From Trypanosoma brucei (Eukaryota), in NCBI GenBank assembly GCA_000002445.1, contig CH464491.1, positions 1,120,001 to 1,184,000 of the forward strand: 64,000 nt of DNA, in the 5' to 3' direction. The position numbers and the translations under genes were made by a program. Positions within the stretch are counted from its first letter, which is position 1. Each line of letters begins with the position of its first letter. The notes under the pieces were generated by a model. The model worked only from the letters and a program-made list of their open reading frames with translations. It had not been told where the DNA came from and did not search any database. Shown one piece after another: positions 19,591 to 31,065 of this stretch.

Positions 19591-21780
19591 ATGGCAGCTA
19601 ACCGAAGTATATTTCTTTTTGTAGCGGAGGGATGTACACTGTGGGTACCGACACATGTACCAAATGAGAATGAGAACCAACCGGTCCACATGCTCAACTA
19701 CGCAAGTCCACGCGAACTTTCACGCTCTTTTCGCCTGTTTGATGAACCCATTCAACTTGTCGACGATCCCGTTGCCGCCGCTCGCATTAGCGGTGCCATG
19801 ACGCCAGCTGACGTAATTAAAGCTGTTAATGAGTTCCGTCGTGCATGTGCGGAGGATCATGACCTTCTCATGAAGAAGTGTTACAATTCCAATAAGCAGG
19901 TATCATCCGAGGTGCAGTTAGCTCCGCAGGCTTCTACCGGCCCAGCTCCGCAACCGCTGCTGACCAACACCATGGGTACCACAGGATCATATGGTGCTAG
20001 TCCGAATACTGGTGTTAGTACTCCCACTCCACTTACCAACCAGGCACTGCTGCTGATGATTTTGCAACAACAACAGCAACAGCAACAGCAACATCAGGCG
20101 GCAATGCTTTCTCAACCGTCGCCACTACATCAACCTCCCCCGATGAGTTTTAACAACCCATCCCTGATGGGCAGCGTCCCGCCTCCGATGGGTACTGGCG
20201 TGAATATGCCCATGGACAACCGTGGAATGGTGGCTCCACCCGTCCCTATGCCGTACGGTACACCATATTACATGATGAACCAACCGGTTTGTGGAGCTGG
20301 ACTCATGCCACCACCAATACAGTATGGTGGCTCCGCGTACGGCAAAGGTGGCCGAGGTTTAGGCAGGGGTGCCAGAGGCGGTCGCGGTGGAAACGCTCAC
20401 TGGTCGTTGTCGCCGTATGCGCGCAGCGAACCGGATCCACTGCCGCCCCTTGCCAACATACCACCGGACGTGTACGAAAACTATGTGAGAGGGGGCAGAG
20501 AACTTGTTTGTGCCACGATGCCGGGGCCACGTTGCACTGCCTGGGCACGGGAGCACACGGTGCCTACGAATAGAAGAGACACGCGCTATGTACATTGCCG
20601 GGGTGGTGTAGTGCTCATATTGAAGGCAAAGGCTTCGGATATAGAAAATAGCAAACCAGTGGAGCTCATTGATCAGCAGGTGTGCGCACACTTTGTTATT
20701 CATGGTTACTGCTCCCGCAACAACTGCATGCACCGACACTATACTGAACAGCAGTTGCGCGAGTTGATCGCCTCAAAAATTACAGAATTACGGGCTCTCA
20801 CGAAATCCCAGCGGCAGAACCTTAGCCTGGCGTTGCTCGAAAAAGAAAGAAGATCCTCTGTGGCAGCCCACGACGCGCGAGGTCTTCGTTCGGGTGGACA
20901 CGGCGAGAACAGCGGGAAGAACGATGAGGTGGTGAGGGATGCGGAGCCGTCAGTCCGTTCTCCCACTTCACCCCCAACACCACACTTGCAGTCGTTTAGT
21001 GGACATGCGGTTGCTGCTGCTGGTGGCTCTACCCATTCTGGTGGTGGGAATAACAGCAAAGCGAGGATAAGTGGCAAGTTCCTCAGCGGCGGCGTGGAGT
21101 GCGAGAGTGGCGACAGGGGACGTGGGGTCTCGAACTCTTCCCCTTCTCGACTAGAACCGGAAAAACAAGGACGTAAGCCCATGCATACGGTAGAAATTGG
21201 TGTTACAGACAGCAATAGCGATAACGGTGGCGATGACAATGACCTATTTACCGGATCGAACCGTTCCTCAACTGCCTCTGCCATGTCGGAAGGAGGTTTG
21301 GATATCTCGGTCGATAACGTTACGGCCGAGTCAAAAACGGCTCCGGACGAAATATCGGAAGCGAGCAAGGCAGCGTCACCAGCGGAGTCAAATATCCCCC
21401 CTGAGATACCCTCCGAGCTACCACAGGTTCAAGTGAATGGTATGGAAGTACCACACAATGAGGAGGGTGAGAGCGAAAACAAAGAGAGTTGTGAGAGCGG
21501 CACTAAAGAGGAGGGTGAGAAATCAGACCCCGTTCCCTCAACGTGTGCGGAGGTGAACAAGGTGCAAACAAAGGCAAGGCGGGGCCGCCGTGTTAAGGAC
21601 AGTGAGGAAAACACTGGCGAGGTCGCCGAGAATGCAGCAGAGGCAGAGGAAGCGGCTCCTGTAGGAGAGGGGGAGGAGGATACCAAGAAAGGTAAGACCA
21701 AAGGAAGTACAGCGGCTGCGAAGCGGTCCCGCTCCACCCCCTCGAAACCCTCTGCAACGAAAAAGAGGGAACGAAAATAG
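19591..21780 (+). CDS. CCCH zinc-finger (ZC3H-type) protein with polyQ and M/P/G-rich low-complexity N-half
   Basis: CAHFVIHGYCSRNNCMHRH has C-x8-C-x4-C-x3-H spacing. There is a polyQ run (QQQQQQQQQQHQ) near 20061-20096, a GRG/RGG-like stretch GGRGLGRGARGGRGG, and a Lys-rich acidic C-tail. Confidence 0.55.
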   Translation: MAANRSIFLFVAEGCTLWVPTHVPNENENQPVHMLNYASPRELSRSFRLFDEPIQLVDDPVAAARISGAMTPADVIKAVNEFRRACAEDHDLLMKKCYNSNKQVSSEVQLAPQASTGPAPQPLLTNTMGTTGSYGASPNTGVSTPTPLTNQALLLMILQQQQQQQQQHQAAMLSQPSPLHQPPPMSFNNPSLMGSVPPPMGTGVNMPMDNRGMVAPPVPMPYGTPYYMMNQPVCGAGLMPPPIQYGGSAYGKGGRGLGRGARGGRGGNAHWSLSPYARSEPDPLPPLANIPPDVYENYVRGGRELVCATMPGPRCTAWAREHTVPTNRRDTRYVHCRGGVVLILKAKASDIENSKPVELIDQQVCAHFVIHGYCSRNNCMHRHYTEQQLRELIASKITELRALTKSQRQNLSLALLEKERRSSVAAHDARGLRSGGHGENSGKNDEVVRDAEPSVRSPTSPPTPHLQSFSGHAVAAAGGSTHSGGGNNSKARISGKFLSGGVECESGDRGRGVSNSSPSRLEPEKQGRKPMHTVEIGVTDSNSDNGGDDNDLFTGSNRSSTASAMSEGGLDISVDNVTAESKTAPDEISEASKAASPAESNIPPEIPSELPQVQVNGMEVPHNEEGESENKESCESGTKEEGEKSDPVPSTCAEVNKVQTKARRGRRVKDSEENTGEVAENAAEAEEAAPVGEGEEDTKKGKTKGSTAAAKRSRSTPSKPSATKKRERK

Positions 21781-23029
21781 AAGAGGAAGCAGTGTGTCTG
21801 GGCGAGCACAGTACTTAAGACGTATGTGAATCGGGAAAGGGGTAAATTAGGAGTCTGACAGAAGTGCACATGCGACTCCACCGGTTCTGTTTTTGCTTAC
21901 TTAATTGTTATTGTTATATACATATACATATATATATATATATGTATTCTGCATTTTCGTTTAACCAATAAGGTCAGAAGCACGTATGCATATATGTAAA
22001 TAAATATGATGATTTGTATTTTTCCGAATAAAATGTACCTAAACACAGGTGCATGCCTGACTGCGTCTATATATGCGTATCAACGTGCGGGGTGCAGCAT
22101 CATCCCTCTTTGTTTCTCCCACTCTTGAGCATATGTGTCCGTGCGCGAGGACAAAGAAGATGAGTGCAGGAGGAAGAGGACACGCAGAGGGTCGTGTGAT
22201 TGCCAGCTCACGAGGCGAGTTACCGGAGGGTGAACAAAATGGTCGAAATAAGCGTAGAATTCGGAAAGTTGTCGGGCATTGACGTAGGTATTTGGCTGGG
22301 TAATGTTTTATGTTTGTTTGTTCTGGATGGGGGAAGGGGAGAAATGGGAAGGGGGAGTGTGTCTTACTGTGCTTATGCTTCTCTGTTTCTTCGCGTGTGT
22401 GGCCCCTGTTTGTGAGCTTGTAGCTAGGAATAATGAATTGGGGCGCTGCGGGGTGAGGAAGTAGTGACGGGAAAAGGATGTGAAAGAAAAGGTGATCACA
22501 AGATGGTTGCCGCACCGCAGCGCCATCAGATGTACACGTGCAATAGCTGAAAATGGAATACAAGAGTATATGCTTAACTAAGAAAGTAAGCAGCACGTGT
22601 GACCCCGAAAGACATTTGCGCTGCCTTGCTCACCTTTTTTTTTTCGTAGTCGTGGGGTGCACCCCTATTGTTGCACCATTGTAAGAAATATTTTTTACGT
22701 GTATTTGTGCGTGTGTGTGTGAGAGAGAAAGTATGTGTGACGTGAGAGCGGAAGGTTAGTAAAGATGAGGTGGTGGTGGCAGGTTATGTTGGTCGTCGGT
22801 ACGGTTCAAAGTGAAATAAGCAGAAAAGCAAAATATCAACAGAAAAGAAGAGGGAAAATATAATGAAGTAACGGCGTGAGGTAAAGAAGGATAACAAGGT
22901 TTTGCGCTCGGTGGTTTGATTGTTTGTCTCCACCCGCCACCCATTCCTTTCTCTCCTTCTTTTCCCCTGGTTTTGAGTTGGTTATGTTGTGTGTGTGTGT
23001 GTGCCTCTTTGTTGTCTTTCTTATTACAA

Positions 23030-23150
23030 ATATTACCATTATCATTACTGTCGCCGGTACTATAAATGTGTTTATCGTTACTATAATTTTTATTACTATA
23101 ATTTAATATTTTACTACTATTGTCGTTTCGTTATTATAATTGTTGTGGTT
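23030..23150. repeat. Degenerate AT-rich tandem repeat (ttactata-like units)
   Basis: The segment reads attaccattatcattactgtcgccggtactataaatgtgtttatcgttactataatttttattactataattt. The periodicity is imperfect. Confidence 0.5.
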
Positions 23151-23618
23151 ACTCAAAACGATACTAATAACCGGGGCCATTCGCATATGCAAACATATGC
23201 ATCTACACATCAACAAGCGCCCCACGTTTTGCGAATGCAAGAAACGCAAAACGCAAGCAAACACACACACAGAAAAAACAAATGCATACCGAATCTGAAT
23301 CAAATCCACACGTATATGGGCTGTTGACAATAGAGAAGGCAAAAGGAAGGAAATGTTAAGAGAGGAAATACATGTGTCTCACTTGATACATAAGCGCAAG
23401 TGAAACTCAAAAATGGGGCGGACGTATGAGGACGTTGCCAGGCATCTACGCATTACTGTGCGTGGCGTCCCGATGAATATATATGTATATATATATACAT
23501 ATATATCGAACCTTTTTCATCGCGCGACTGAGAGGTGGAGCACGAAGGAAAGTCAATGTGGACCTGCATCAGTTGACTCATGAGGAAAATGCAGCCTAGA
23601 AGAAATGGCGTCCTTTTT

Positions 23619-23630
23619 GGGGGGGGGGGG
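23619..23630. repeat. G12 homopolymer
   Basis: The run reads gggggggggggg. Confidence 0.85.
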
Positions 23631-24000
23631 TTGTGGGAAGAGACGACGTGAGAGATAGTGAGGGAAAGGGGGATATGCAAGCATCGATGGTGTGGCACCA
23701 CAGACTTTTGATATGCTTCCACTGAACTACAAGCCGTGGTCATTTATTCTGCTCTGCTCGTTACCTTCTGCCTATTCCAACGCCTTGGGTTACTCATTGG
23801 TTTTGCTGTCGCTACGGTGGCTACCACGTGCACGTGCAAGCATTTATAGTGCCCACTTAAGCCCTTCTGCGGTAACAGAGAGAGGGAAGAAAAGGGAAAT
23901 TGGAGGTTGAAGCATGTGCTTGTGAACAAATTTCATTGATCCCGTACCCCGATATTGTTTGAAGTTTGTTTCAGTGTGGTTCCCTCAATATTTTTCATTG

Positions 24001-24024
24001 GTGTGTGTGTGTGGGGGGGGGGGG
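24001..24024. repeat. (GT)6 followed by G12
   Basis: The run reads gtgtgtgtgtgtgggggggggggg. Confidence 0.85.
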
Positions 24025-24140
24025 ATATGGCGCCGCTCAGATTAATTGGCGACATGAAGTAGCACATGTGCGAGTGGAAGATACGGGGTCACAACTTCCG
24101 TATGTTTGAAAAAAAGATGTCGTTATAAAGGTGTCACTGT

Positions 24141-24200
24141 TTGTTTTTCGGTCTTATTTTCTCTTTACTTCCAAATGGCAACCCTCTTTTTTTTTTGGAT
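24141..24200 (+). promoter_or_regulatory. Polypyrimidine tract upstream of the M16-like gene
   Basis: The tract reads tgtttgtttttcggtcttattttctctttacttcc...ctcttttttttttgg. Confidence 0.35.
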
Positions 24201-24334
24201 AGTTGCCCTATATCAATTTTAAAAGGCATCTATCGCGTAACACCCAGTTGTGGCGGTGTGCTCTTATCGAAACATAGTACAATCAGATACTACACGCTAG
24301 TAAACAAAAAAAAGAAATACAAAAGAGGAGGGAA

Positions 24335-25891
24335 ATGTACCGACGCGCCGTTGCTGCTGCCATACCCGCCGTCACTGCCAAGAATGCACGGTCAATCTCG
24401 CAGTACAACTTTGGTCAGAAACCCCTGACTGAGTCGTGGTCACCGACTGGCCGCTCAACTCCCGCGGCAGCCGGTTCTGCTGCGCAGTCAGCTGGCATTG
24501 GTGAGGCGAAGACGACGCTACTCCCTAATGGAACCCGAATCATCACGCAGCAGCGGGGTGGTCCTGTGGTGTCAATCGGTGCCTATATTCTTGCGGGTCC
24601 TGCTTACGATCCAGTTGGCTGTCCGGGCCTTCATCATCTGATGCATACCGCACTCACGACAAGCAACTACAATAACTCACTCTTCCAACTGGACCGCAGT
24701 ATTCGCAGTACTGGTGCTTCGTTCTCTCACTTTGAGAAAGATAAGTACTACATCGGGCTTCGACTTGATGCTCGTGTTGACATGTGGAAGAGTAATACAA
24801 GCGGTGCAACAAGCGATGCGAAGCGGTTTGATCTTAACCTCTTACAAGATACAATATTCACCGCGATTTCTGCTCCAAGATTCCACGAACCGGATTTGGA
24901 GCGCTTTCGGGACACAATTGATAACAACCTGAAGGAGTTACGTTGGCAGCGCCCAGCGCAGTATGCTATTCAACAACTTGAAACCGTTGCATTTTACAAG
25001 GAGCCGCTGGGTAACCCCCGCCACGTTCCAGAGTGGAGTAACGGGCGCATTACAAGCAAGGCTTTGCTCGATCAGTATGCCAGATATGTAACTCCAGATC
25101 GTGTCGTTGTTGCCGGTGTCAATATGGAGCACGATGAACTCGTCGCCGAGTATGAAAGCAACCCATATCCGCATTCTAGCAACGCCCCGCACCACGCCGC
25201 GTTTGCCAAGGGTCTGGGCAAACCTGCTTTTGACATCACGAATGAACACTCCCAGTACAGCGGCGGTGAACTCCACGAACACGAAGACCGGCCAAAGGAA
25301 ATGTGTACGAAACCAGATATGGACACCGAGACCGCCATTGCAGTCGGTTATCTTGCGTTTGGTCGCTCCAAAACGTCCTTGCAGCGCTATGTGGCCACTC
25401 TTGTTTACCAACAGCTGTTCAACATAGTCATCCACGACAGTTTACGCTACGAGCAAGATGTCGTGCTGGACGGTGTGCGATCGTTTTACCTACCGTATCA
25501 CTCTGCTGGACTTGTGGGATTCACCGCTATAACCTCGCCAGAAAATGCTGTGCCGCTGGTTAAAGCGACAATGAAGGGCATTCAGAACGTGAAATTTGAT
25601 AATGCAGCACTATTGGAAGCAGCCAAGCACCGCGCTGCGGTTGAACTAACAAGTCAGTGCTGGGATTCGTCTCGCGACATATGTGACTATCTGGGCACAA
25701 GTTTGTCTCTTGACGCCAAGGCTTCCAACTCAACACAATACTTAAATCCCTCAGAGGTGCTAGCGGCTGTTCGCAACGTCACAGCCAGTGAGTTGAAAGA
25801 AGTGAAAGAGTGCATGATGGGCTCAAAACCCTCACTGTTTGGGCACGGGGAGATGTTGGCCTTCCCTTCACTCCGTCAGTTGGGAGCGTAA
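24335..25891 (+). CDS. Peptidase M16-family protein without catalytic motif (MPP alpha-subunit-like), with a probable mitochondrial presequence
   Basis: TLLPNGTRIITQQ...SIGAYILAGPAYDPVGCPGLHHLMHTAL aligns with the M16 N-terminal block (LPNGLRV...GxAHFLEHM), but the HxxEH zinc motif is degenerate (HHLMH). The N-terminus MYRRAVAAAIPAVTAKNARS is R/A-rich. Confidence 0.55.
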   Translation: MYRRAVAAAIPAVTAKNARSISQYNFGQKPLTESWSPTGRSTPAAAGSAAQSAGIGEAKTTLLPNGTRIITQQRGGPVVSIGAYILAGPAYDPVGCPGLHHLMHTALTTSNYNNSLFQLDRSIRSTGASFSHFEKDKYYIGLRLDARVDMWKSNTSGATSDAKRFDLNLLQDTIFTAISAPRFHEPDLERFRDTIDNNLKELRWQRPAQYAIQQLETVAFYKEPLGNPRHVPEWSNGRITSKALLDQYARYVTPDRVVVAGVNMEHDELVAEYESNPYPHSSNAPHHAAFAKGLGKPAFDITNEHSQYSGGELHEHEDRPKEMCTKPDMDTETAIAVGYLAFGRSKTSLQRYVATLVYQQLFNIVIHDSLRYEQDVVLDGVRSFYLPYHSAGLVGFTAITSPENAVPLVKATMKGIQNVKFDNAALLEAAKHRAAVELTSQCWDSSRDICDYLGTSLSLDAKASNSTQYLNPSEVLAAVRNVTASELKEVKECMMGSKPSLFGHGEMLAFPSLRQLGA

Positions 25892-26829
25892 TTACTTTTA
25901 TTTGTTAGCTAACACATTATTTACCCTCTTTCATTATTATTATTATTTTTATTTACGAATACAGATAAACATGAATAATATATATATTTTTAGTTAACGC
26001 ACACTAGTTTGTGTTGCGTAGAGGTGTATGTGTAGCACCTGGCTGGTTGGGGTAATGGATTAGAAAAAATTGTGAGTTGCTCCATTTAAGTGTGATTAAG
26101 GAATAGGGGCGTGGAAAAAAACAAAAGAAAGTAAGTAGGACGGAGGGATGGTAGTTAGTAGATGTATAGATCTTCGACAGGTGAGGGAAAGGGTGCGGAA
26201 GTCATGTTTTAACTGGCCGCGTATGCCTGTTTAACTTAAACAGATGGTCTGTTGTTTTTTTTTTTTGCACGCCTACCCGCTCCAAGAGGCGAATGATTTT
26301 TTTTTCCGAAATAGTCTCACGAATGTGTGCGCGTGTGTTTGTGTGTGTGTAGGGAACTGATGTGGTATTCTGTGGGGTGCCCCAAGTCCTGATTAACGTC
26401 TGGGAAAGCAAAAGTGGATGAACGTATTGAACACCGTTCTTAGTGCACTACTTCCATGTACTCCCGCTTGTGGGCGTATGTATGGTGTGGAGGTGTGTGT
26501 GTGTGTATGCAGGGGTGTCTGTGGATACATATATATATATGTGGGATGTGCTGGATATGTTCCCCTCCTTGACATGAATATGTTATTTCTTGTTTAACCT
26601 TTGTTGCCCAATTTAATTTAACTTGCTTGATTGCATTACTTCCATGCTGTTTCCCACCCCTCCCCCCACACGCGCACTGCCTTTATCCACTTCTTTACTC
26701 GTCCTCTCCTTTCCTTTATCACCGTTATGATTAGTCCACCGCCTGTCTGCAACTCTGCAAAGTGGTCAGGAGCGCTGGAACGTGTAGGAAGCAGGCGCGC
26801 GAGAAGGGGACGATTAAAACCAACGTTTT

Positions 26830-27798
26830 TTGTGTGTCTCCCATCCTGAAGAGCAAATGTTGGATGGGAGGGAATTACGAGATAACATTTCGATTGCATT
26901 TCACAAGTCCGAATATGCAACCCCCTACGGAGACAACACCATTCCCGGCAACCACCCCGGTTACAGACACAAGCGACTCGGCCGTCAATACGCACCGGAC
27001 CCCGTTAATAGGGATTCACTGCGAGTAGACTTTTACGCTCCCGGAAATGGTGTACGCCTTGTCAACGCTCTTGCACCATCTGATTTTAACAGTATGCAAA
27101 ATTTACTGCTGGCACGTGATGCGCGCAACAATAATTATGTGCTAGACTCTGTGCGAGGCGGCAGGCGCCATTTTTGTGAGACCCGGGGAGCTGAAGAGCG
27201 ACACTTGCGTATGCGCCGCGCACTGAACTCACCCACATCAGGGCGAGCTGAACTCGTCCCCAGTTGTCGTGCCCCCGGGATGTACAATTACGAAAGGGGC
27301 GGTCCGTTAGTGCAAGCTATGCTGCAGAATCGCGAGCGGCAGAAAATGCTGCAGGAGGCGGGGAAGGCAATGGTAGCAGGACCACCCAATCATAACCCCT
27401 TGTACTTGGGGTTCATGTTCAGTCTGCCCAGCATCCAAGCGACCAACTCCCAGGTGGAACCATTAGCAGTCGAAACTACAGATCAAGTGGGGCCCACAGA
27501 CACGTGTGACTCGGCCACAGCCGTTGCCAAAGCAGAAGAAACGACAAAACTCCCGTCACCGACGCCGGGGCTTCCCCTGGAGCACTCGCCACCCGCTTAT
27601 CTCACGGGCATTGCTCCACAGCGACAACGACAGGCATACATGAGCACGCGCCGCGGTTGGTCCCCGATGCAGTTAATCACGAATGACAGCAAACCGTATA
27701 GGAAGAAACGGAAGGTAATGGAATCTGAGGCGAGTCGACTGGAGGATATCCGTCTTGTGGAACTGCTTCCAAAGATTAAGACAGAGGCCAAGAAATGA
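26830..27798 (+). CDS. Hypothetical protein
   Basis: 322-codon ORF, co-directional, with no recognisable motif. Confidence 0.45.
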   Translation: MCVSHPEEQMLDGRELRDNISIAFHKSEYATPYGDNTIPGNHPGYRHKRLGRQYAPDPVNRDSLRVDFYAPGNGVRLVNALAPSDFNSMQNLLLARDARNNNYVLDSVRGGRRHFCETRGAEERHLRMRRALNSPTSGRAELVPSCRAPGMYNYERGGPLVQAMLQNRERQKMLQEAGKAMVAGPPNHNPLYLGFMFSLPSIQATNSQVEPLAVETTDQVGPTDTCDSATAVAKAEETTKLPSPTPGLPLEHSPPAYLTGIAPQRQRQAYMSTRRGWSPMQLITNDSKPYRKKRKVMESEASRLEDIRLVELLPKIKTEAKK

Positions 27799-28622
27799 CG
27801 ATAGGGATGTGGTTGAATGAATAATGTCTTGATTATGGAGGAAAGGAATTGAGTAGTGGAGAGCGTAACGGTCCGAATGTAACTATGTAGTTAGACATGC
27901 GAAGAATGGGAAGAGGAAAGGAAAGATGCTATACCTTTTTTCTTTAACATTTGCCTTCTTTGGTATAGTACACATGCCCACACATGTGTAGCGGTCTGGA
28001 ATTTCTTTTCCCTTCAGTCCTTTGTAGCTTTACAACGTCGAATTATATGTTTATTGGAAACCTTCCCGTACCTTTGGTGCTATGATCTCTTGTCAGTATG
28101 TACATTTATGGTTAGTTTTGTTTCTACAGTTGTGGAACACCGGATGGTGAGTATATATGGGAAAGAGGGGCCCAGAGAAAGGCGAGAAAGGGAACAATAA
28201 GTCGATGGTGGCGAATCCTCAAATCCAACTACCGGAGATAACGTGGAGTTTGTGTATTGATGAGGGTCGCTAACCACTGTATCTGTATGTATTTCCCCAT
28301 ATCTATGTTTACCTATGTCACAAATGAGCTGCAGCAGAAAATAGTGATAGTAACCTGTGCTTCGGTATGCATGCCTTGTGCATGGCCAAAATATATGAAA
28401 GTCAAAAATGTTGTGTACTTAACTTTCCCCCTCTTTCTTTTCTTCCCCCTAACGGGCATTTCCACAACTGGTAGAGTGGCAGGTTCCCAGCAGTGTTGGC
28501 GACGACCGCTATCGTGTATAAGACATAAAGCAACGGATCATAAGGAGCGAAAAGCGACCTTGTGTTTTGTTTTTTAAAGGGGGAAAGAGGTACGGCAAGG
28601 GGAGTACAGAGGCAGATAGATC

Positions 28623-30410
28623 GTGACGTCGCATATCGTTAGGGGACATCAAAAGGAAACAAAAATGTTGGCGTCATGGGCCGTGCCGCACAAACCCAAA
28701 ACCGATCAGCCCGGAAACGGTCAAGTAAAGGAAACTATGATTGCAAACAGGTCGCTTCGGAAAGAAGGCCCAGCAGGGGCGGGCAATGTAAAGGGGGCTG
28801 CAAACAGTACCCACCATTTGGCGAATGCTGTCGGTGATGCCGACGGTGGTCAAGGCGGTGCTGGCTCCCCGAAGGCAGCACCATCAACAGCAACAACTGA
28901 GAGTTTGAGAGTACCTCCTACTCCAACGATAAGGTTGAGTACCATCGGAGGAGAAACTTTCGATAAGAACGACATGGGACCACGACAAGAGCCTTCCACC
29001 ACATCAAGCAGCTCACCCAAAACTCGATCGGCGCGTGTCGCAGCTCATCTGGTACCCGCTGCATCTATGTCTGGAACGCTACGTCGCGAAAAAGAAGTGA
29101 TGGACCCTTCACTGTATCACCAGCTGTGCTACGAGCGCCTCATACGGCGACAGGATCCCTCGAAGGGTGTCGACAAAGCCAGGCAGAGTTATGTATATTA
29201 CAACCACCGTAGCAAGGGGTGTTACATCCCGCATGAAAAGGATCCCTCTGAGTTGACACTCACATACAACCACATGTACGACTTTGGTGACGGCTCTCGC
29301 TTTCTTGCGGCTGATGGCGAACCGCCGCGCGTTAACCCCAATATCGGAAGTGTACTCGATTGTAACTACAATGCCGCATCCAAAAGCGGTGCAAGCAGGG
29401 ACTACGCTAGGCTGCGTCCCAGCACCACTTCAGAACGAAGAGCTGCTAATGAGGTGTGTCGAATCGGGCTATCCACCACAAATGGGAAAAGAACGGTGGC
29501 AGTGGACTTGGCTCGCAGTTTGCAACTAAGCGATATACGACCTCAACCATTCCAGATTCGCAAGACCGTTGAGGACGTCATATCCAGTGATCTGCGTTGC
29601 GTGGAACGGGCCCGTGAGGGTATCAGTTCGGTCGTTGGGAAGGGGAAAGTGTTGTGGGCGGAGGTTCCAGAGAAGCTACAGGCCACCTTTAGTGAGGTTC
29701 AGGGTCGTTTTATATCTCCTGGAGCTGAAAGTCGCAGGGAAGATCGAAATGCAGCAGCAGGCTACAGAGCAGGCTCAACAACCCTGGCACAGAATGCCAA
29801 TGCAGTTAGTTACCTCCCGGCAAGTTCGTTACCGGATAGAGCTGAGGGAGCAACTTTGCCTACTCATGCCCCCCGGTCTACGAACTCTAAGTGTGGTCAG
29901 AGTCCCATGTCGAAGCCGGTGGCACTCACCGATCTCCCCGACCATGTGCTTTTGGGATTTACAGCCAATGTGTGCATGCCGAAAATTAACCAACGGGATG
30001 GTGAGGCAACTCTACCTCACACGCCACTGCGGGAAGAGTCCACAGAAAGTGAGGATGGCAATAATCTGAGAGGCACTTATGAGTCGACGTTGCAAGGTAC
30101 GGATCCAACAGGACTGAGAGGAACGACGAACCGGGGGTCCAATACGGTTCCCGAGCATGCACGGGCAAATGGGGGAGAGAAACTGCTTCCACTTGTTGCC
30201 TTGGCGCAGCTGCGTGATGCTGATTACTTTTTAACAACCGGGCCCAAGCCAGTTTCTGAAATAGTGAAGTTACTTGGACCGAAATGGCTGCCGGAGCGAC
30301 CACTGCCTTACGAGACGTCACGGCTCAGCTACTGCCGGAAATATGACATGGGTGACGCGAATCCCCCGCCTAACATGATTCACTGGACTTTGTCTAAGAA
30401 ACTATATTAG
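28623..30410 (+). CDS. Hypothetical protein (Ser/Thr/Pro-rich N-half)
   Basis: 595-codon ORF. An alternative start lies at 28665 (MLASWAV). No recognisable motif. Confidence 0.5.
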   Translation: MTSHIVRGHQKETKMLASWAVPHKPKTDQPGNGQVKETMIANRSLRKEGPAGAGNVKGAANSTHHLANAVGDADGGQGGAGSPKAAPSTATTESLRVPPTPTIRLSTIGGETFDKNDMGPRQEPSTTSSSSPKTRSARVAAHLVPAASMSGTLRREKEVMDPSLYHQLCYERLIRRQDPSKGVDKARQSYVYYNHRSKGCYIPHEKDPSELTLTYNHMYDFGDGSRFLAADGEPPRVNPNIGSVLDCNYNAASKSGASRDYARLRPSTTSERRAANEVCRIGLSTTNGKRTVAVDLARSLQLSDIRPQPFQIRKTVEDVISSDLRCVERAREGISSVVGKGKVLWAEVPEKLQATFSEVQGRFISPGAESRREDRNAAAGYRAGSTTLAQNANAVSYLPASSLPDRAEGATLPTHAPRSTNSKCGQSPMSKPVALTDLPDHVLLGFTANVCMPKINQRDGEATLPHTPLREESTESEDGNNLRGTYESTLQGTDPTGLRGTTNRGSNTVPEHARANGGEKLLPLVALAQLRDADYFLTTGPKPVSEIVKLLGPKWLPERPLPYETSRLSYCRKYDMGDANPPPNMIHWTLSKKLY

Positions 30411-31033
30411 GTGACCAATTCGATTGAACCCTTGTGGTGATATCACCAATCCCCACCGCATTGTTTCATTGCACTCACACCTCGCAAGGGATGTACGTCG
30501 TATTGTGTATTCGGTCCCCCCTCCCCCCTTTTTTTAACCATATAGCAGTTGACGTTGGGTTGGAGGTGCTCTTTCCTCCGCAGCCCCTTATGCTCACCTT
30601 TTACCGTTCCATCCTTTCGATCACCTCATCGTCTCTACTAACTGCAGGGCTCCTGTAAATGTAGGCGGGGGGGGGAGGCACGCGGGGAAAAGAAACGCTT
30701 GTTGGTGAATTTGTACAAACATGGCGGAAGACGTTGTTTTGTTTCCTTTTTTTTTCCTCCTTGCCCTTGGTATTCATATATATATAAATGTGTGTATCTG
30801 TACTTTTTGGTTTCTGAGTGTGGCACCGGAAGAGTGTGTGGCACACCTATTTCATGATCACGGCAGGTAACAGTGACCGGCATTGCATGGGTTCGCTGTT
30901 GACTGTATATGTACCGATTAGAATTTAGGGGACAACATTTCCCCCAGAGGGCTAACATTCGTTACAAGCTGTTTTTGTTCTTTCCCCCCCCCCCTCAAGA
31001 CATACGTGCTCCATACGTGTCGGTGGCCTTTTC

Positions 31034-31060
<27 letters not shown>
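31034..31060. repeat. (GT)13 microsatellite
   Basis: The run reads gtgtgtgtgtgtgtgtgtgtgtgtgtg. A (TA)n at 31103-31128 and an A15 at 31226-31240 lie nearby. Confidence 0.9.

Positions 31061-31065
<5 letters not shown>

Noticed and set aside
22039-22596. 185-aa minus-strand ORF in the 21.8-24.3 kb spacer
   Set aside because: Low-complexity P/F/L/H-rich translation of a pyrimidine-rich spacer, with no motif. It is on the opposite strand to the whole transcription unit.
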